DNA from: an uncultured Anaerolinea sp.
GTDB taxonomy: Bacteria; Chloroflexota; Anaerolineae; Anaerolineales; UBA4823
Direction: 5' to 3'
Length of the DNA stretch: 64,000 bases
Assembly (NCBI GenBank): GCA_964503145.1
Contig: CAZCYV010000004.1
Span: forward strand, 142,414 to 206,413
The notes beneath the pieces were generated by a model. That model saw only the letters and a program-made list of their open reading frames with translations. It did no database searches and was not told the DNA's origin. The position numbers and the translations under genes are program-made. Below, piece after piece: positions 1 through 8,737 of this stretch. How positions within the stretch are numbered: the stretch's first letter is position 1; each line of letters opens with the position of its first letter.

Positions 1-539
1 TACGCGCCAAGCGCAATTGCCGGCGCGCCAGGGGTTTGGGCGTATTGCATTTTGGCGTCTTGCGCCTGCAGGGATTGCAGAAACTTGAAGAGCAATAGAG
101 CAGAGCGCTTGCCGCGCAAGGGCGGCAAATGGCGCCGGGCTGCCGGGCCATTCAAGCCCAAGATTGTGACGGTGACGCGGTCTAAGCCAGCTAATGCGAT
201 GTATCCCAGCGCTCCGGCCAGACGAGCGGCGTATGCCAGCTTATTTGGCGCGCCCCAATCCATAGAACGGCTGCCATCGATCAGGATATGGACGACCAGA
301 TCCTGCTCTTCGACGAACAGCTTCAGGAACAAACGCTCCAGGCGGGCGTAAGCGTTCCAGTCAATGCGACGGAAATCGTCTCCCGGCACGTAGGGACGGA
401 AATCCGAAAATTCCACCGACTGGCCGCGCTGGGTGCTGCGCCGTTCGCCCTGCATCTGGCTGGCGGCCGCGCGCCGATAAAGCAGAGCCAGGCTCTCCAG
501 GCGGCGCAAGAAGGGTTCGTCGAAAAGATAGGATGGCAT
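1..539 (-). CDS. DUF58 family protein (vWA-like partner of MoxR ATPases); 3' end lies beyond the window edge
   Basis: Absent from the ORF track because it is open at the window edge. My reverse-strand translation from the ATG at 539..537 reads MPSYLFDEPFLRRLESLALLYRRAAASQMQGERRSTQRGQSVEFSDFRPYVPGDDFRRIDWNAYARLERLFLKLFVEEQDLVVHILIDGSRSMDWG, the hallmark DUF58 core. It lies 55 nt downstream of the MoxR gene, the canonical pairing. Confidence 0.85.
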   Translation of the reverse strand, partial: MPSYLFDEPFLRRLESLALLYRRAAASQMQGERRSTQRGQSVEFSDFRPYVPGDDFRRIDWNAYARLERLFLKLFVEEQDLVVHILIDGSRSMDWGAPNKLAYAARLAGALGYIALAGLDRVTVTILGLNGPAARRHLPPLRGKRSALLLFKFLQSLQAQDAKMQYAQTPGAPAIALGA

Positions 540-594
540 GCCAGGGCTATTTTGTCAGGAAAGTCCCTACCGGAGGTGCGCTATGCTCCTTGCT

Positions 595-1593
595 CTACGC
601 TTCGATTGGGACATATTCGAGCAGCTCTTGGATGATCGCATCGGTGGAGATTCCTTCGGCCTGAGCTTCAAAATTCAGGATCAAGCGATGGCGTAACGCG
701 GGGATAGCCACCTGGCGGATATCGTCGTAGGCAACGTTGTATCGTCTATCCATCAAGGCGACGATTTTGCCCGCCAGAATCATTGCTTGCATGCCGCGCG
801 GGCTGGCGCCATAGCGCACATAGTTGCGCACGATGGGTGGAGCGGCAGGATCTGTTGGGTGAGTGGATTTGAGTAAACGGGCTGCGAATGCGGTCACATG
901 CGGGGCGATGGGCACCGCTCGGGCTAAAAGCTGCATTTCTTGCAACATGTTTGCGTCGGCGGCGGGTTTGGCCTGCGGCGATAGCGTGGTGGTGGTTCGG
1001 TCGGCAATCTCGACCAGCTCGTCCACGCTTGGGAAGGGTACATTGATCTTGAAAAAGAAACGATCCAGTTGCGCTTCGGGTAACGGATACGTGCCCTCCA
1101 TTTCCAGAGGATTCTGGGTGGCGAGAACGAAAAATGGCTCTGGCAGACGACGGGTGACCTTGGCCACGGTGACGCTGTGTTCCTGCATAGCTTCCAGCAT
1201 AGCGGACTGGGTCTTGGGCGTGGCGCGGTTGATTTCGTCTGCCAGGACGAGGTTGGCGAAGATTGGTCCGGCCTCGAATTGGAACCGCCGGCGACCGTTT
1301 TCGTCTTCCGCGATCAGATTGGTGCCAACGATGTCTGCTGGCATCAGATCAGGAGTGAACTGGATGCGTGAAAAGCTGCAATCTACGGCCTGAGCCAGGG
1401 TTCGGACGAGCATTGTCTTGCCCAGGCCAGGTACACCCTCGAGCAAGGCATTCCCCCCGGCCAGAAGGGTGATGAGCGTATGGCGCACCAGTTCTTTTTG
1501 CCCCACAATGACCTTGCCGACCTGTTCTTCGATGGCCTCGGCAGTGGCGCAGAATTGTTCTGGGGAGATTTGAGTTTCGGGCATCGCTTCCAT
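595..1593 (-). CDS. MoxR-family AAA+ ATPase
   Basis: 332-aa ORF with Walker A GVPGLGKT and Walker B LVLADEINRA. Length and overall sequence are typical of MoxR/AAA_3 proteins. A DUF58 gene follows. Confidence 0.93.
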   Translation of the reverse strand: MEAMPETQISPEQFCATAEAIEEQVGKVIVGQKELVRHTLITLLAGGNALLEGVPGLGKTMLVRTLAQAVDCSFSRIQFTPDLMPADIVGTNLIAEDENGRRRFQFEAGPIFANLVLADEINRATPKTQSAMLEAMQEHSVTVAKVTRRLPEPFFVLATQNPLEMEGTYPLPEAQLDRFFFKINVPFPSVDELVEIADRTTTTLSPQAKPAADANMLQEMQLLARAVPIAPHVTAFAARLLKSTHPTDPAAPPIVRNYVRYGASPRGMQAMILAGKIVALMDRRYNVAYDDIRQVAIPALRHRLILNFEAQAEGISTDAIIQELLEYVPIEA

Positions 1594-1601
1594 GGTTTAT
1601 C

Positions 1602-3230
1602 TCAGGGGTTCAATTGGGAGAAATATTGGCGGATATATTCCGACAGATCGGCCGGGACATAGCTCTGTTGCAACGCCAGATTGGCAGCAGAAAGGTAATT
1701 AAAGAAAACTTGCTGGTATGGCACCAGGGAGGGGTTGGAAACGCCAGGCAAATTCGACTGACCTTGGGTGGTTTGGGTTTCTCCCTGACCAGTCTCCTGC
1801 CCTGGTATGAACAATTCGCCGCCGCTGCTCGCTGGCCGCTGCCAGGGGGCATAGACCTGGTTACTCAGTTCACTCGGGGCGACGTTTGGCGCTTCGCCCT
1901 GGGGGCGAACGTTGCCCCTGCCGCCGGCGGCCGGAGGCAACGTGTTGGCCCTGGATCCGCCGCCCGTCACATTGTTGCCGGGCTGACCTTGATAGCTGCC
2001 GGATGGTCCAGTACCGCTTCCTGGGTTTTGTCCTGGGTCTTGTGATGGGTTCTGTCCAGTTGATAAGGCGGCCTGTTGAGAGCTCTGTCCCGCGGCCTGG
2101 GCAAGTGCCTGGCGACTCGTCTGAAGCTGATTGATCGCTTGCTGCAAAGCGTTTTGTTGAGCCTGGCGAGCCTGCGCTTGTGAGAGCGCCTGCTGCGCGC
2201 TCTGGGCAGCCTGGCTGGTGGCCTGCGGATCGCCTTGCTGGAAAGCTTGCGCCAGCGCAGCCAGGGATTGAGCAAGCTGGGCGTCGCCGGATTGACCAGC
2301 CTGCGCTGCCATCTGGGCCAGTTGGCGCGTCAGTTCCTGCTGTTGCTCAGCAGAGAGATTGGGAAGCTGAGCGGCCAGTTCCGCCAACGCCTCGGCGGCC
2401 GCTTCAGCATCAGATTGCTCTGGGCTGCGCTCTGCGCCGGAAATAGCTGCTAGCTGTGCAGCAAGCGCTTCCAAATTAGCCGTTTGGATGGTGAAGTTCG
2501 GATCCAGGCGCTCGGCGAGCAGCTTCTCCAGATTGGAAATGTCGGCGATCGATTGCTCAAGATCGCCTGGGTTGCTGCGCAATTGTTCGGCCAACTCCTT
2601 TAGCTGTCTCAATAGCTCTTGCCGTTCTTCGGGGGACAATTCCTGCGTCTGCTCGATTTGTCGGCTTAGCTGCTCGACGCGCTCCGCCTGGCGGGCGGCT
2701 GCCTGACGAACAGCCTGACGCTGAGCGAGGACAGCATCCATCGGGTTAGGGAGAAGGGCGGAAGCCAGGGTGGTCAAGACCAGGATCAACGACGCGGTCA
2801 ACGGCCTGGGGAACCAGCCTAAAGGCAGGTCTTTCGCCGAGACGATGCGAGAAGCGCAATCCAGGGCATCTACATGCTGGGCCTGGACGAGCTGCGCATA
2901 GGCATAATCGGGAAATTCCTGCATCTTTCCGAAAACCACAGCGGTGGAGAGGCGCTCGCGCAGGCGTAGTTCGAGATCGATACGTCGCGCCACCTGCAAG
3001 ATGGGCATCGGGCGGAACAGGGAGTAGATAAGCAAGGTTAGAATCCAGATTGGAAAGGGCACCAGGCTCCACGCGTCCAACCGCTCGATGGGTAGGAAAC
3101 GCCCGGAGATCTGAACGAGCAAGGCGATGGCGCATGGCATCCACAGCGTGTGCTGTGCGAGACGCCAGCCGTCGAGAACTCGCAGGCGGCGGCGGAAACG
3201 GATAAGATAATGCTCTAGCGTCCGGTTCAT
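1602..3230 (-). CDS. Membrane protein with a long Q/A/E-rich coiled-coil or low-complexity region (family not recognised)
   Basis: 542-aa ORF with N-terminal hydrophobic helices (CAIALLVQISGRF, VPFPIWILTLLIYSLF, ASLILVLTTLASALL). About 270 aa of Q/A/E-rich sequence follows, then a G/P/Q/S/N-rich tract. Its start overlaps the upstream permease stop by 4 nt and it ends 8 nt before moxR. Confidence 0.7.
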   Translation of the reverse strand: MNRTLEHYLIRFRRRLRVLDGWRLAQHTLWMPCAIALLVQISGRFLPIERLDAWSLVPFPIWILTLLIYSLFRPMPILQVARRIDLELRLRERLSTAVVFGKMQEFPDYAYAQLVQAQHVDALDCASRIVSAKDLPLGWFPRPLTASLILVLTTLASALLPNPMDAVLAQRQAVRQAAARQAERVEQLSRQIEQTQELSPEERQELLRQLKELAEQLRSNPGDLEQSIADISNLEKLLAERLDPNFTIQTANLEALAAQLAAISGAERSPEQSDAEAAAEALAELAAQLPNLSAEQQQELTRQLAQMAAQAGQSGDAQLAQSLAALAQAFQQGDPQATSQAAQSAQQALSQAQARQAQQNALQQAINQLQTSRQALAQAAGQSSQQAALSTGQNPSQDPGQNPGSGTGPSGSYQGQPGNNVTGGGSRANTLPPAAGGRGNVRPQGEAPNVAPSELSNQVYAPWQRPASSGGELFIPGQETGQGETQTTQGQSNLPGVSNPSLVPYQQVFFNYLSAANLALQQSYVPADLSEYIRQYFSQLNP

Positions 3231-4378
3231 TGGTTCGAAAGCCGCTCTGCAGGAGCAACCATGCCTTTGGGAGAAGGATCATCCGATGGCGCACTTTCGC
3301 CCGGCGCGGGCGTGGTTTGGGGCTCTAGTTCGAGCGTCGAGGGCGTTGGCGTCGGAAACGGCGTAGCGGTCGGCTGAACGACGATGTTGATGTTCTCGTA
3401 GCGATTGGTCGTGGCAGCATAGCCGACCGAGATCGTCCCTAAGAGACCGATCACAACTACAAGAGCTACCAGCGCCTCGGCCCACTCAAATTGCCAGCGG
3501 CGGGCTGGCCGCACCAGTCGAGAGGCCAGCAAATATAGGACCAATGTGATTAACAAATAGATTGGGAGGCTATAGTGATAGATTGGCCGGGGAATGCTGG
3601 TGAAGCTGATCGCCGGTTCTCCGGCAATCCATCCAAAGGCGCCACCTAACATCCAGAACATACCCGCAAGATACTGAAAGTTGACCGAAGGCGAGAGTGC
3701 AGAGGCCAGCGCGCTCACCGGGCTAAGGATCAACATCCAGCGTGGGGGATTGGTCTGGCTTAAGATACCCGCGCCAGCAGCGATAATTGGCGGGCCAAAA
3801 AGCAAGAAGACTACCACGAGATAGGCAACGGCCGTGGAGCGCCCGCTACGACCGAATAGCGCAGAAGCGAACAGGCCGATCACGCCAAACATCACCGCCA
3901 CGATGACCAGGATGATCAGGGCTTTGATCATCTCGCGGGCAGCAACTCCGCCGAAGACGAAAACCAGACTGGCAAGAGGAATAGCAGCGAAAATGAGCAG
4001 GAAGACATAGCCCAGAGCGGCGACCAATTTACCCCACAAGATGCTGCTGGGGGAGAGCGGCGTTGCCATCAGCATCTCATAGGTCTGTTTTTCTTTTTCT
4101 CCGCTGATCGCCATGGCTGTGACCGAGGGCGTGATGGCGGCGATGATCATCAATTCGATGAAGACCAGCCCGGCGAAGAGGATCTGGCCGATCTGTGGGC
4201 TGAGCGGCGTGCTGGTGTATCCAACGGCAACCAGGGCAATGCGATAGATGGCATAACCGCACCCAGCCAACAGTATCAAAGCCCCGGTCAACGTGGCAAA
4301 GGCGCGCCCGCCGCGCATGCGCGAGCGTAGTTCTTTGACGATGATTGGATTAGGCTCCCAATGTAATAGGCGAGACAT
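3227..4378 (-). CDS. ABC-2 type transporter permease with P/T-rich C-terminal tail
   Basis: 383-aa polytopic membrane ORF. The N-terminal IIVKELRSRMRGGRAF segment followed by multiple hydrophobic helices is typical of ABC-2 permeases. It overlaps the stop of the upstream ABC ATPase by 1 nt. Confidence 0.8.
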   Translation of the reverse strand: MSRLLHWEPNPIIVKELRSRMRGGRAFATLTGALILLAGCGYAIYRIALVAVGYTSTPLSPQIGQILFAGLVFIELMIIAAITPSVTAMAISGEKEKQTYEMLMATPLSPSSILWGKLVAALGYVFLLIFAAIPLASLVFVFGGVAAREMIKALIILVIVAVMFGVIGLFASALFGRSGRSTAVAYLVVVFLLFGPPIIAAGAGILSQTNPPRWMLILSPVSALASALSPSVNFQYLAGMFWMLGGAFGWIAGEPAISFTSIPRPIYHYSLPIYLLITLVLYLLASRLVRPARRWQFEWAEALVALVVVIGLLGTISVGYAATTNRYENINIVVQPTATPFPTPTPSTLELEPQTTPAPGESAPSDDPSPKGMVAPAERLSNQ

Positions 4379-5343
4379 CAGGCGACCTCCCCTTTCGTCA
4401 AGCGCAGGAAGGCTTCTTCCAGGTCTGTCGTCACCTCACTGAAAGAGGCCAAACGGACGCCGCCGTGCACCAGCGTTTCAAGCAGGTCTGCTGCGGCTGA
4501 AGCATCCCCTTCGAATTTGACCTCCATTTGGCGAACTGCGCCATTGGCAGACTGAAGTGCAGTCGCTTCGGGGGCATAGAACTGGCGCACGCCAGGATGG
4601 GATTTGAGAATACTTTCCACCCTCTCTAAATCCGAGAGCACCTGGAGGCGCAGCAGCCGGTGCTCGGCGACCTGGCGGTGAATATCTTCCAGCGGCCCGC
4701 TGGCTACCAGGCGCCCACGCTCCAGAATGGCGATCCAGTTGCACAGTTCGGCCAGCTCGGTCAGGATATGTGAGCTAAGCAAGATGGTCTTGCCCATCGT
4801 GCTGAGCTCGCGCAGGAGTTCGCGCATTTCGACGCGAGCGCGCGGGTCAAGCCCGGAAGCTGGCTCATCCAGAAGTAAGATATGCGGATCGTGCACCAGG
4901 GCATGGGCCAGGCAGAGTCGTTGGCGCATGCCGCGCGAAAGCGTGTGCACGTAGGCATCGCGCTTTTCGCTCAGATCGACCAGTTCTAGCAACTCGTTGA
5001 TGGTCTTGCGACGGCGTTCTGGGGTCAGCTTATAGCAGCGGGCGAAAAAGTCCAGGTATTCCCAGACCAGCAAGTCTTCGTAAACGCCGAAAAAATCGGG
5101 CATGAAACCGATCTGCCACTGGATTTCGCGCCAGTATTTGCGTATAGGCAACTCATTGATGCGGATTTCGCCCGCAGTGGGTTCTAGCAATCCGGCGAGC
5201 ATGCGCAGCGTGGTCGTCTTTCCGGCGCCGTTGGGTCCGATCAGGCCGAAGAGCGAGCCAGCAGGCACCTTTAGATCCAGGTTTTCCACGGCCTCTAATT
5301 TGCCAAAACGGCGAGTGAGATTGCGTGTGGTGATCGCGTACAT
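4378..5343 (-). CDS. ABC transporter ATP-binding protein (ABC-2/CcmA-like)
   Basis: 321 aa with Walker A GPNGAGKTT, ABC signature LSRGMRQRL and Walker B ILLLDEP. Confidence 0.93.
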   Translation of the reverse strand: MYAITTRNLTRRFGKLEAVENLDLKVPAGSLFGLIGPNGAGKTTTLRMLAGLLEPTAGEIRINELPIRKYWREIQWQIGFMPDFFGVYEDLLVWEYLDFFARCYKLTPERRRKTINELLELVDLSEKRDAYVHTLSRGMRQRLCLAHALVHDPHILLLDEPASGLDPRARVEMRELLRELSTMGKTILLSSHILTELAELCNWIAILERGRLVASGPLEDIHRQVAEHRLLRLQVLSDLERVESILKSHPGVRQFYAPEATALQSANGAVRQMEVKFEGDASAAADLLETLVHGGVRLASFSEVTTDLEEAFLRLTKGEVA

Positions 5344-5352
5344 GTGCTTTAA

Positions 5353-7842
5353 TCAGCGGCGGCCTTCCAGGCCCATGCCCAGAAAGAAGCAATTCGATGC
5401 GTTTTCAGTGGCCAGCGTGACTTTGATGACCCCGGCGTCATCGATGAATTTGGCTGCATTGGGGATCAAGTTGGCGCCTTGATTGACACCCTCCAGGTTG
5501 ACCCAGGCGCCTGTGTCAGGGTTCAATATCGAGATTTGAGGCGGGCTGAAAGCGCCGGAATCGCTGAAGATCGTGAGGATCAGGGTTTCGGCGGCGATAT
5601 CCTGTACATCCGAAGGCAGGGCGAATTCGAATTGGGCTTCGCCACGGACAATGAAAACCGCCGCGCTTCCGGGCGTTCCGCATTGCCCGCCGTCTCTCGG
5701 CATTTCGACCAGGCGCCCTGAAATCAGGCCGGGCGGCAGGCTGATCAGACCTTTATCCGGAAAACTCAAGTTGACTGGCAGCACCACCAACGCTGTGGTT
5801 TGTTGGGCGGGCTGGGTATTTGCCAGGCTGATTTCCGGCGGCGCCTGATCCATCCAGCCTATCAGCACAGGCGATTGGGAGATATAGGCGTTTGGGCTGA
5901 GCGACCTTCTGGCGGATATAAAGGGCGGCGTGCGTTCGAACAGGGCTTCGACGATCGAACGGCGGACTTCGATCTGCCGGGGGAGGGGCCCATTGGCGCT
6001 GGAAATCTCTTTTTCGTACAATGCGTAGCTGATCGGCGTGCCGAAGTTATTGGGGTTAGATGGGTTGGCTAGTTCTAACTCAACAGACGCGGACTGGCCG
6101 CGCGGCAGGTCGCCCAGGCGCGCAAATCTGTTGTTCATGATCAGTGCAGCGTCTTTCAGATCATAGTTGCTGCGGTTGGTCAGTTCTCCAACGATACGAG
6201 CGCCTTGCAGCCGCAAATCTGTCTCGATTTCGCCAAAGTCTAGCAACGAGCCTTCGGAGAAAAAGCTCTGCATCGACCATTGATCGACGCTTAGCCCGTT
6301 AATATACCCTGGATTGCCCTGGATCAGGGTGATCGCCCGACCGGTGGGAATGTTAGTGGTTTCGGGATTCGTCCAGGGGTCGAAATAGGCGTTCAAAGGG
6401 CTGATCAGGCCGCCGCCATCCACGCGCACCGAGTAGGCGCTGCGGGCAGGCGAGAACAGGCCAATAAAGCTATCTACTTTGGCTTTTCCAGAGGGTAACG
6501 GCTGCAGGACGGCGATTTTGTTGATAAAGATATCCGTACCATGCAGCAAGTAACCTACCCCGAAAGAGGCAGCGGAAAAAATCAGCGTGATCAAGGGGAT
6601 CGTGATCCAGGCAAGGTGCAGGCGCTTTTGAGAGCGCAACGCCAGATAATTGATCGGGCCGACCAGAAGGATGTATAGACCCAGGAGCAGAGCCAGGCCG
6701 CGCACCGAAGGTAAATCTAACATGGGCAGATTGTTGAGCGGATAGACCATGCTGGAGGCAAACTGCTGCCGGGCGGACATGTCCACCGGAGCGCCTTCGG
6801 GGAAGGATGCGCCGGGGGAAAGTAACTTTTGCCAGAAGTCCGCTGCGCCATTCCAGGCGTCCAATGGCGCGCCAGCTAGCTCCAGGCTGATGAAATTGCT
6901 CCAGCCGCGGTCGATTGGCCATTCCTGCATCAGCGGCAAGCCGTCCTGCTCAGCCAGAACCCTGGACGTATCAGATTTGCCAGCGGCAACGAGGAAGGGG
7001 CCAGGGATCAAGATCGGCTTTTCTCCGCCAATGTATCCTTCCAGCCCAGGCAACGCTGACAATTCTTGGGTCGATAGGTCAGACAAAGGTAGAAGCGACT
7101 TGGGTATGCCAGCAAGGGTGCGCTGTGCGCCAGCGCCTCCGCCCACCACCAGGCGTCCACCCTGGCTGACCCAGGTTTCCAGCGCCTGCGCTTGCTCAGG
7201 GATCAGGTTGGACGTATCAATGTCGTTGAACACCAGCGCATCGAATGATCGCAAGCCCTCCATTCGGCCTGGCAGTTCGTTCAGAGCAACATCGACCAGC
7301 ACAATCGGACGCTTGATACCCGGCAGTGCGATAGTTTCGATAAGCGAAAGCGCGCCTCGTCGAGGGGAGAGGATCCCTACCAGATAGGTGAGCGTTGGTT
7401 CAGGGTTCAACTGTACTTTTTGGGCGGCCAGCTTTTGCTCATCGGAGACCAAAGATACCTCGATCTGCCTGGAGAAGTTGTTTGGAAGTATGTAAATCGC
7501 CAGGCGTTTTCGGGCGCCTGCGGCTAATTCCACCGGCACGGTGTAAACCTGTAACCCGGCGCTGGTCATTACCGGGGCGCGGAGCTCGGCAGCTCGATCT
7601 GGGCCGTTGTTTTCCAATTCGACCCAGATTGGCAGCCATTCCCCATACTTGAAGTGACCATCAAAGGATGCTCGCGCCTGCATCCGAACGCCGGTCAGCG
7701 GGGGTGGCGGGGTTGTGGTCTGGGCGTTTACATTGCGTGTGAAGCCATCGGCTAGAAAGATAAAGCTAGCAATCAATCCGCCCAGCGCAAGCATGAAGCG
7801 AGCGACGGCACGTGGTTGCATGATGCGGATGATGTACGACAT
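5353..7842 (-). CDS. Large membrane-anchored protein with a putative glutamine-amidotransferase-like (GldG/DUF4159-like) domain; function unknown
   Basis: The ORF track gives 5353..7968. I prefer the ATG at 7842 (MSYIIRIMQPR...) for two reasons: an AGGA lies 6 nt upstream, and the longer version would run into the terminator hairpin at 7947..7983. Features: N-terminal TM, the segment DALVFNDIDTSNLIPEQAQALETWVSQGGRLVVGGGAG, and a central 3-TM block (LALLLGLYILLVGPINYL, WITIPLITLIFSAASFGVGYLL). First gene of the ABC/MoxR operon. Confidence 0.7.
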   Translation of the reverse strand: MSYIIRIMQPRAVARFMLALGGLIASFIFLADGFTRNVNAQTTTPPPPLTGVRMQARASFDGHFKYGEWLPIWVELENNGPDRAAELRAPVMTSAGLQVYTVPVELAAGARKRLAIYILPNNFSRQIEVSLVSDEQKLAAQKVQLNPEPTLTYLVGILSPRRGALSLIETIALPGIKRPIVLVDVALNELPGRMEGLRSFDALVFNDIDTSNLIPEQAQALETWVSQGGRLVVGGGAGAQRTLAGIPKSLLPLSDLSTQELSALPGLEGYIGGEKPILIPGPFLVAAGKSDTSRVLAEQDGLPLMQEWPIDRGWSNFISLELAGAPLDAWNGAADFWQKLLSPGASFPEGAPVDMSARQQFASSMVYPLNNLPMLDLPSVRGLALLLGLYILLVGPINYLALRSQKRLHLAWITIPLITLIFSAASFGVGYLLHGTDIFINKIAVLQPLPSGKAKVDSFIGLFSPARSAYSVRVDGGGLISPLNAYFDPWTNPETTNIPTGRAITLIQGNPGYINGLSVDQWSMQSFFSEGSLLDFGEIETDLRLQGARIVGELTNRSNYDLKDAALIMNNRFARLGDLPRGQSASVELELANPSNPNNFGTPISYALYEKEISSANGPLPRQIEVRRSIVEALFERTPPFISARRSLSPNAYISQSPVLIGWMDQAPPEISLANTQPAQQTTALVVLPVNLSFPDKGLISLPPGLISGRLVEMPRDGGQCGTPGSAAVFIVRGEAQFEFALPSDVQDIAAETLILTIFSDSGAFSPPQISILNPDTGAWVNLEGVNQGANLIPNAAKFIDDAGVIKVTLATENASNCFFLGMGLEGRR

Positions 7843-7946
7843 GAGTGATCCTATCGGGTCATACAAGCAAGTTTCGTTCTTGATCAGGACGATGCTGCAG
7901 GAAGAAAGGTTCCCTGTGAGATGTCCCATTATACATGATAAAAGGC

Positions 7947-7983
7947 GCAGGCCTGCTGGTGCATCCATCGCCAGCAGGCCTGC
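7947..7983 (-). terminator. Rho-independent terminator downstream of the ABC ATPase gene
   Basis: Perfect 13-bp stem: GCAGGCCTGCTGG (7947..7959) pairs with CCAGCAGGCCTGC (7971..7983), with an 11-nt loop. On the minus strand it is followed by GCCTTTTATCA. On the plus strand it is flanked by AAAAAAT, so it may act in both directions. Confidence 0.8.
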
Positions 7984-8003
7984 AAAAAATACAGAAGCAA
8001 AGA

Positions 8004-8726
8004 TCAGGCGCAGGAAATCAGTGCATCGATCTCGGCGCGGCTTTCGAGGATCGAGGAAATCCGTCCATCCTCGATCTGGATAATTTTATCGACGTATTTG
8101 CACATGCGCAGGTCGTGAGTCACCATGATCCCGGCTCTGTTATTCTCGTGGATCAGGTCGGCGTAAAGTTGGGTGACCTGATAGGCGCGCTCTGTATCCA
8201 GGCTGGCGGTCGGCTCATCAGCCAGGATGACGCTGGGACCGTGGATCATCGAACGCGCGATCGCCACCCGCTGACGTTGACCGCCCGAAAGTTGATTGGG
8301 CAAACTGTTGAGCCGTTCACATAGCCCCAGGCGCTCTAGCAAATTCAAGGCTTCTTCACGCCCTGCCCGGCTGTAACGGCCGTTGAGCCGTAACATCATC
8401 TCGACGTTTTCTAAAACTGTCAGATATGGTACAAGGTTGTTGGACTGGAAGGTGAAGCCTATCCTCTCTCGACGGAATTTGACCCGTTGAGAGTCTTTTA
8501 AGCGTCCAATTTCCTCGCCGTCGATACAGATGTGGCCTTCGGTTGGCTCCAGAAGCGCAGCCAGCATAGCCAGCATGGTAGTCTTCCCTGAGCCGCTTGG
8601 GCCGACCAACGCGACAAATTCGCCGGCGTTGACGGTGATGTTTGCCTTCTCTACAGCTACCACAGAAAGGCTGTTTGGGCCTGGATAAATCTTGGTCAAG
8701 TTATAGGTTTCAATCACGGGGGGCAT
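8004..8726 (-). CDS. ABC transporter ATP-binding protein (MacB/LolD/FtsE-like)
   Basis: 240 aa with Walker A GPSGSGKTT, signature LSGGQRQRVAIAR and Walker B ILADEPT. Confidence 0.93.
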   Translation of the reverse strand: MPPVIETYNLTKIYPGPNSLSVVAVEKANITVNAGEFVALVGPSGSGKTTMLAMLAALLEPTEGHICIDGEEIGRLKDSQRVKFRRERIGFTFQSNNLVPYLTVLENVEMMLRLNGRYSRAGREEALNLLERLGLCERLNSLPNQLSGGQRQRVAIARSMIHGPSVILADEPTASLDTERAYQVTQLYADLIHENNRAGIMVTHDLRMCKYVDKIIQIEDGRISSILESRAEIDALISCA

Positions 8727-8737
8727 TGTGTTTCTCC

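Noticed and set aside
863-1393. Long ORFs antisense to or out of frame with recognised genes. Examples: 863..1393, 6749..7387, 18274..18867, 19478..20122, 22245..22943, 38043..38615, 40640..41266, 45064..46056, 50588..51181, 53572..54216, 56695..57315 and 61308..62168.
   Set aside because: Each lies wholly inside a gene with clear family motifs on the other strand or frame. Their translations are Arg/Pro/Gly/Ser-rich with no recognisable motifs. This is the usual shadow-ORF artefact of high-GC coding DNA.
1880-2720. Repetitive-looking CAG/GCC/CTG-rich DNA, considered as a tandem repeat or CRISPR-like array.
   Set aside because: There are no regularly spaced identical repeats. The periodicity is codon-level and corresponds to the Q/A-rich protein segment of the 1602..3230 gene.
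7843-7968. N-terminal 42-codon extension of the 871-aa ORF.
   Set aside because: The extension runs through the 13-bp terminator hairpin at 7947..7983 and has an odd composition. An internal ATG at 7842 with an AGGA upstream gives a normal signal-anchor N-terminus.
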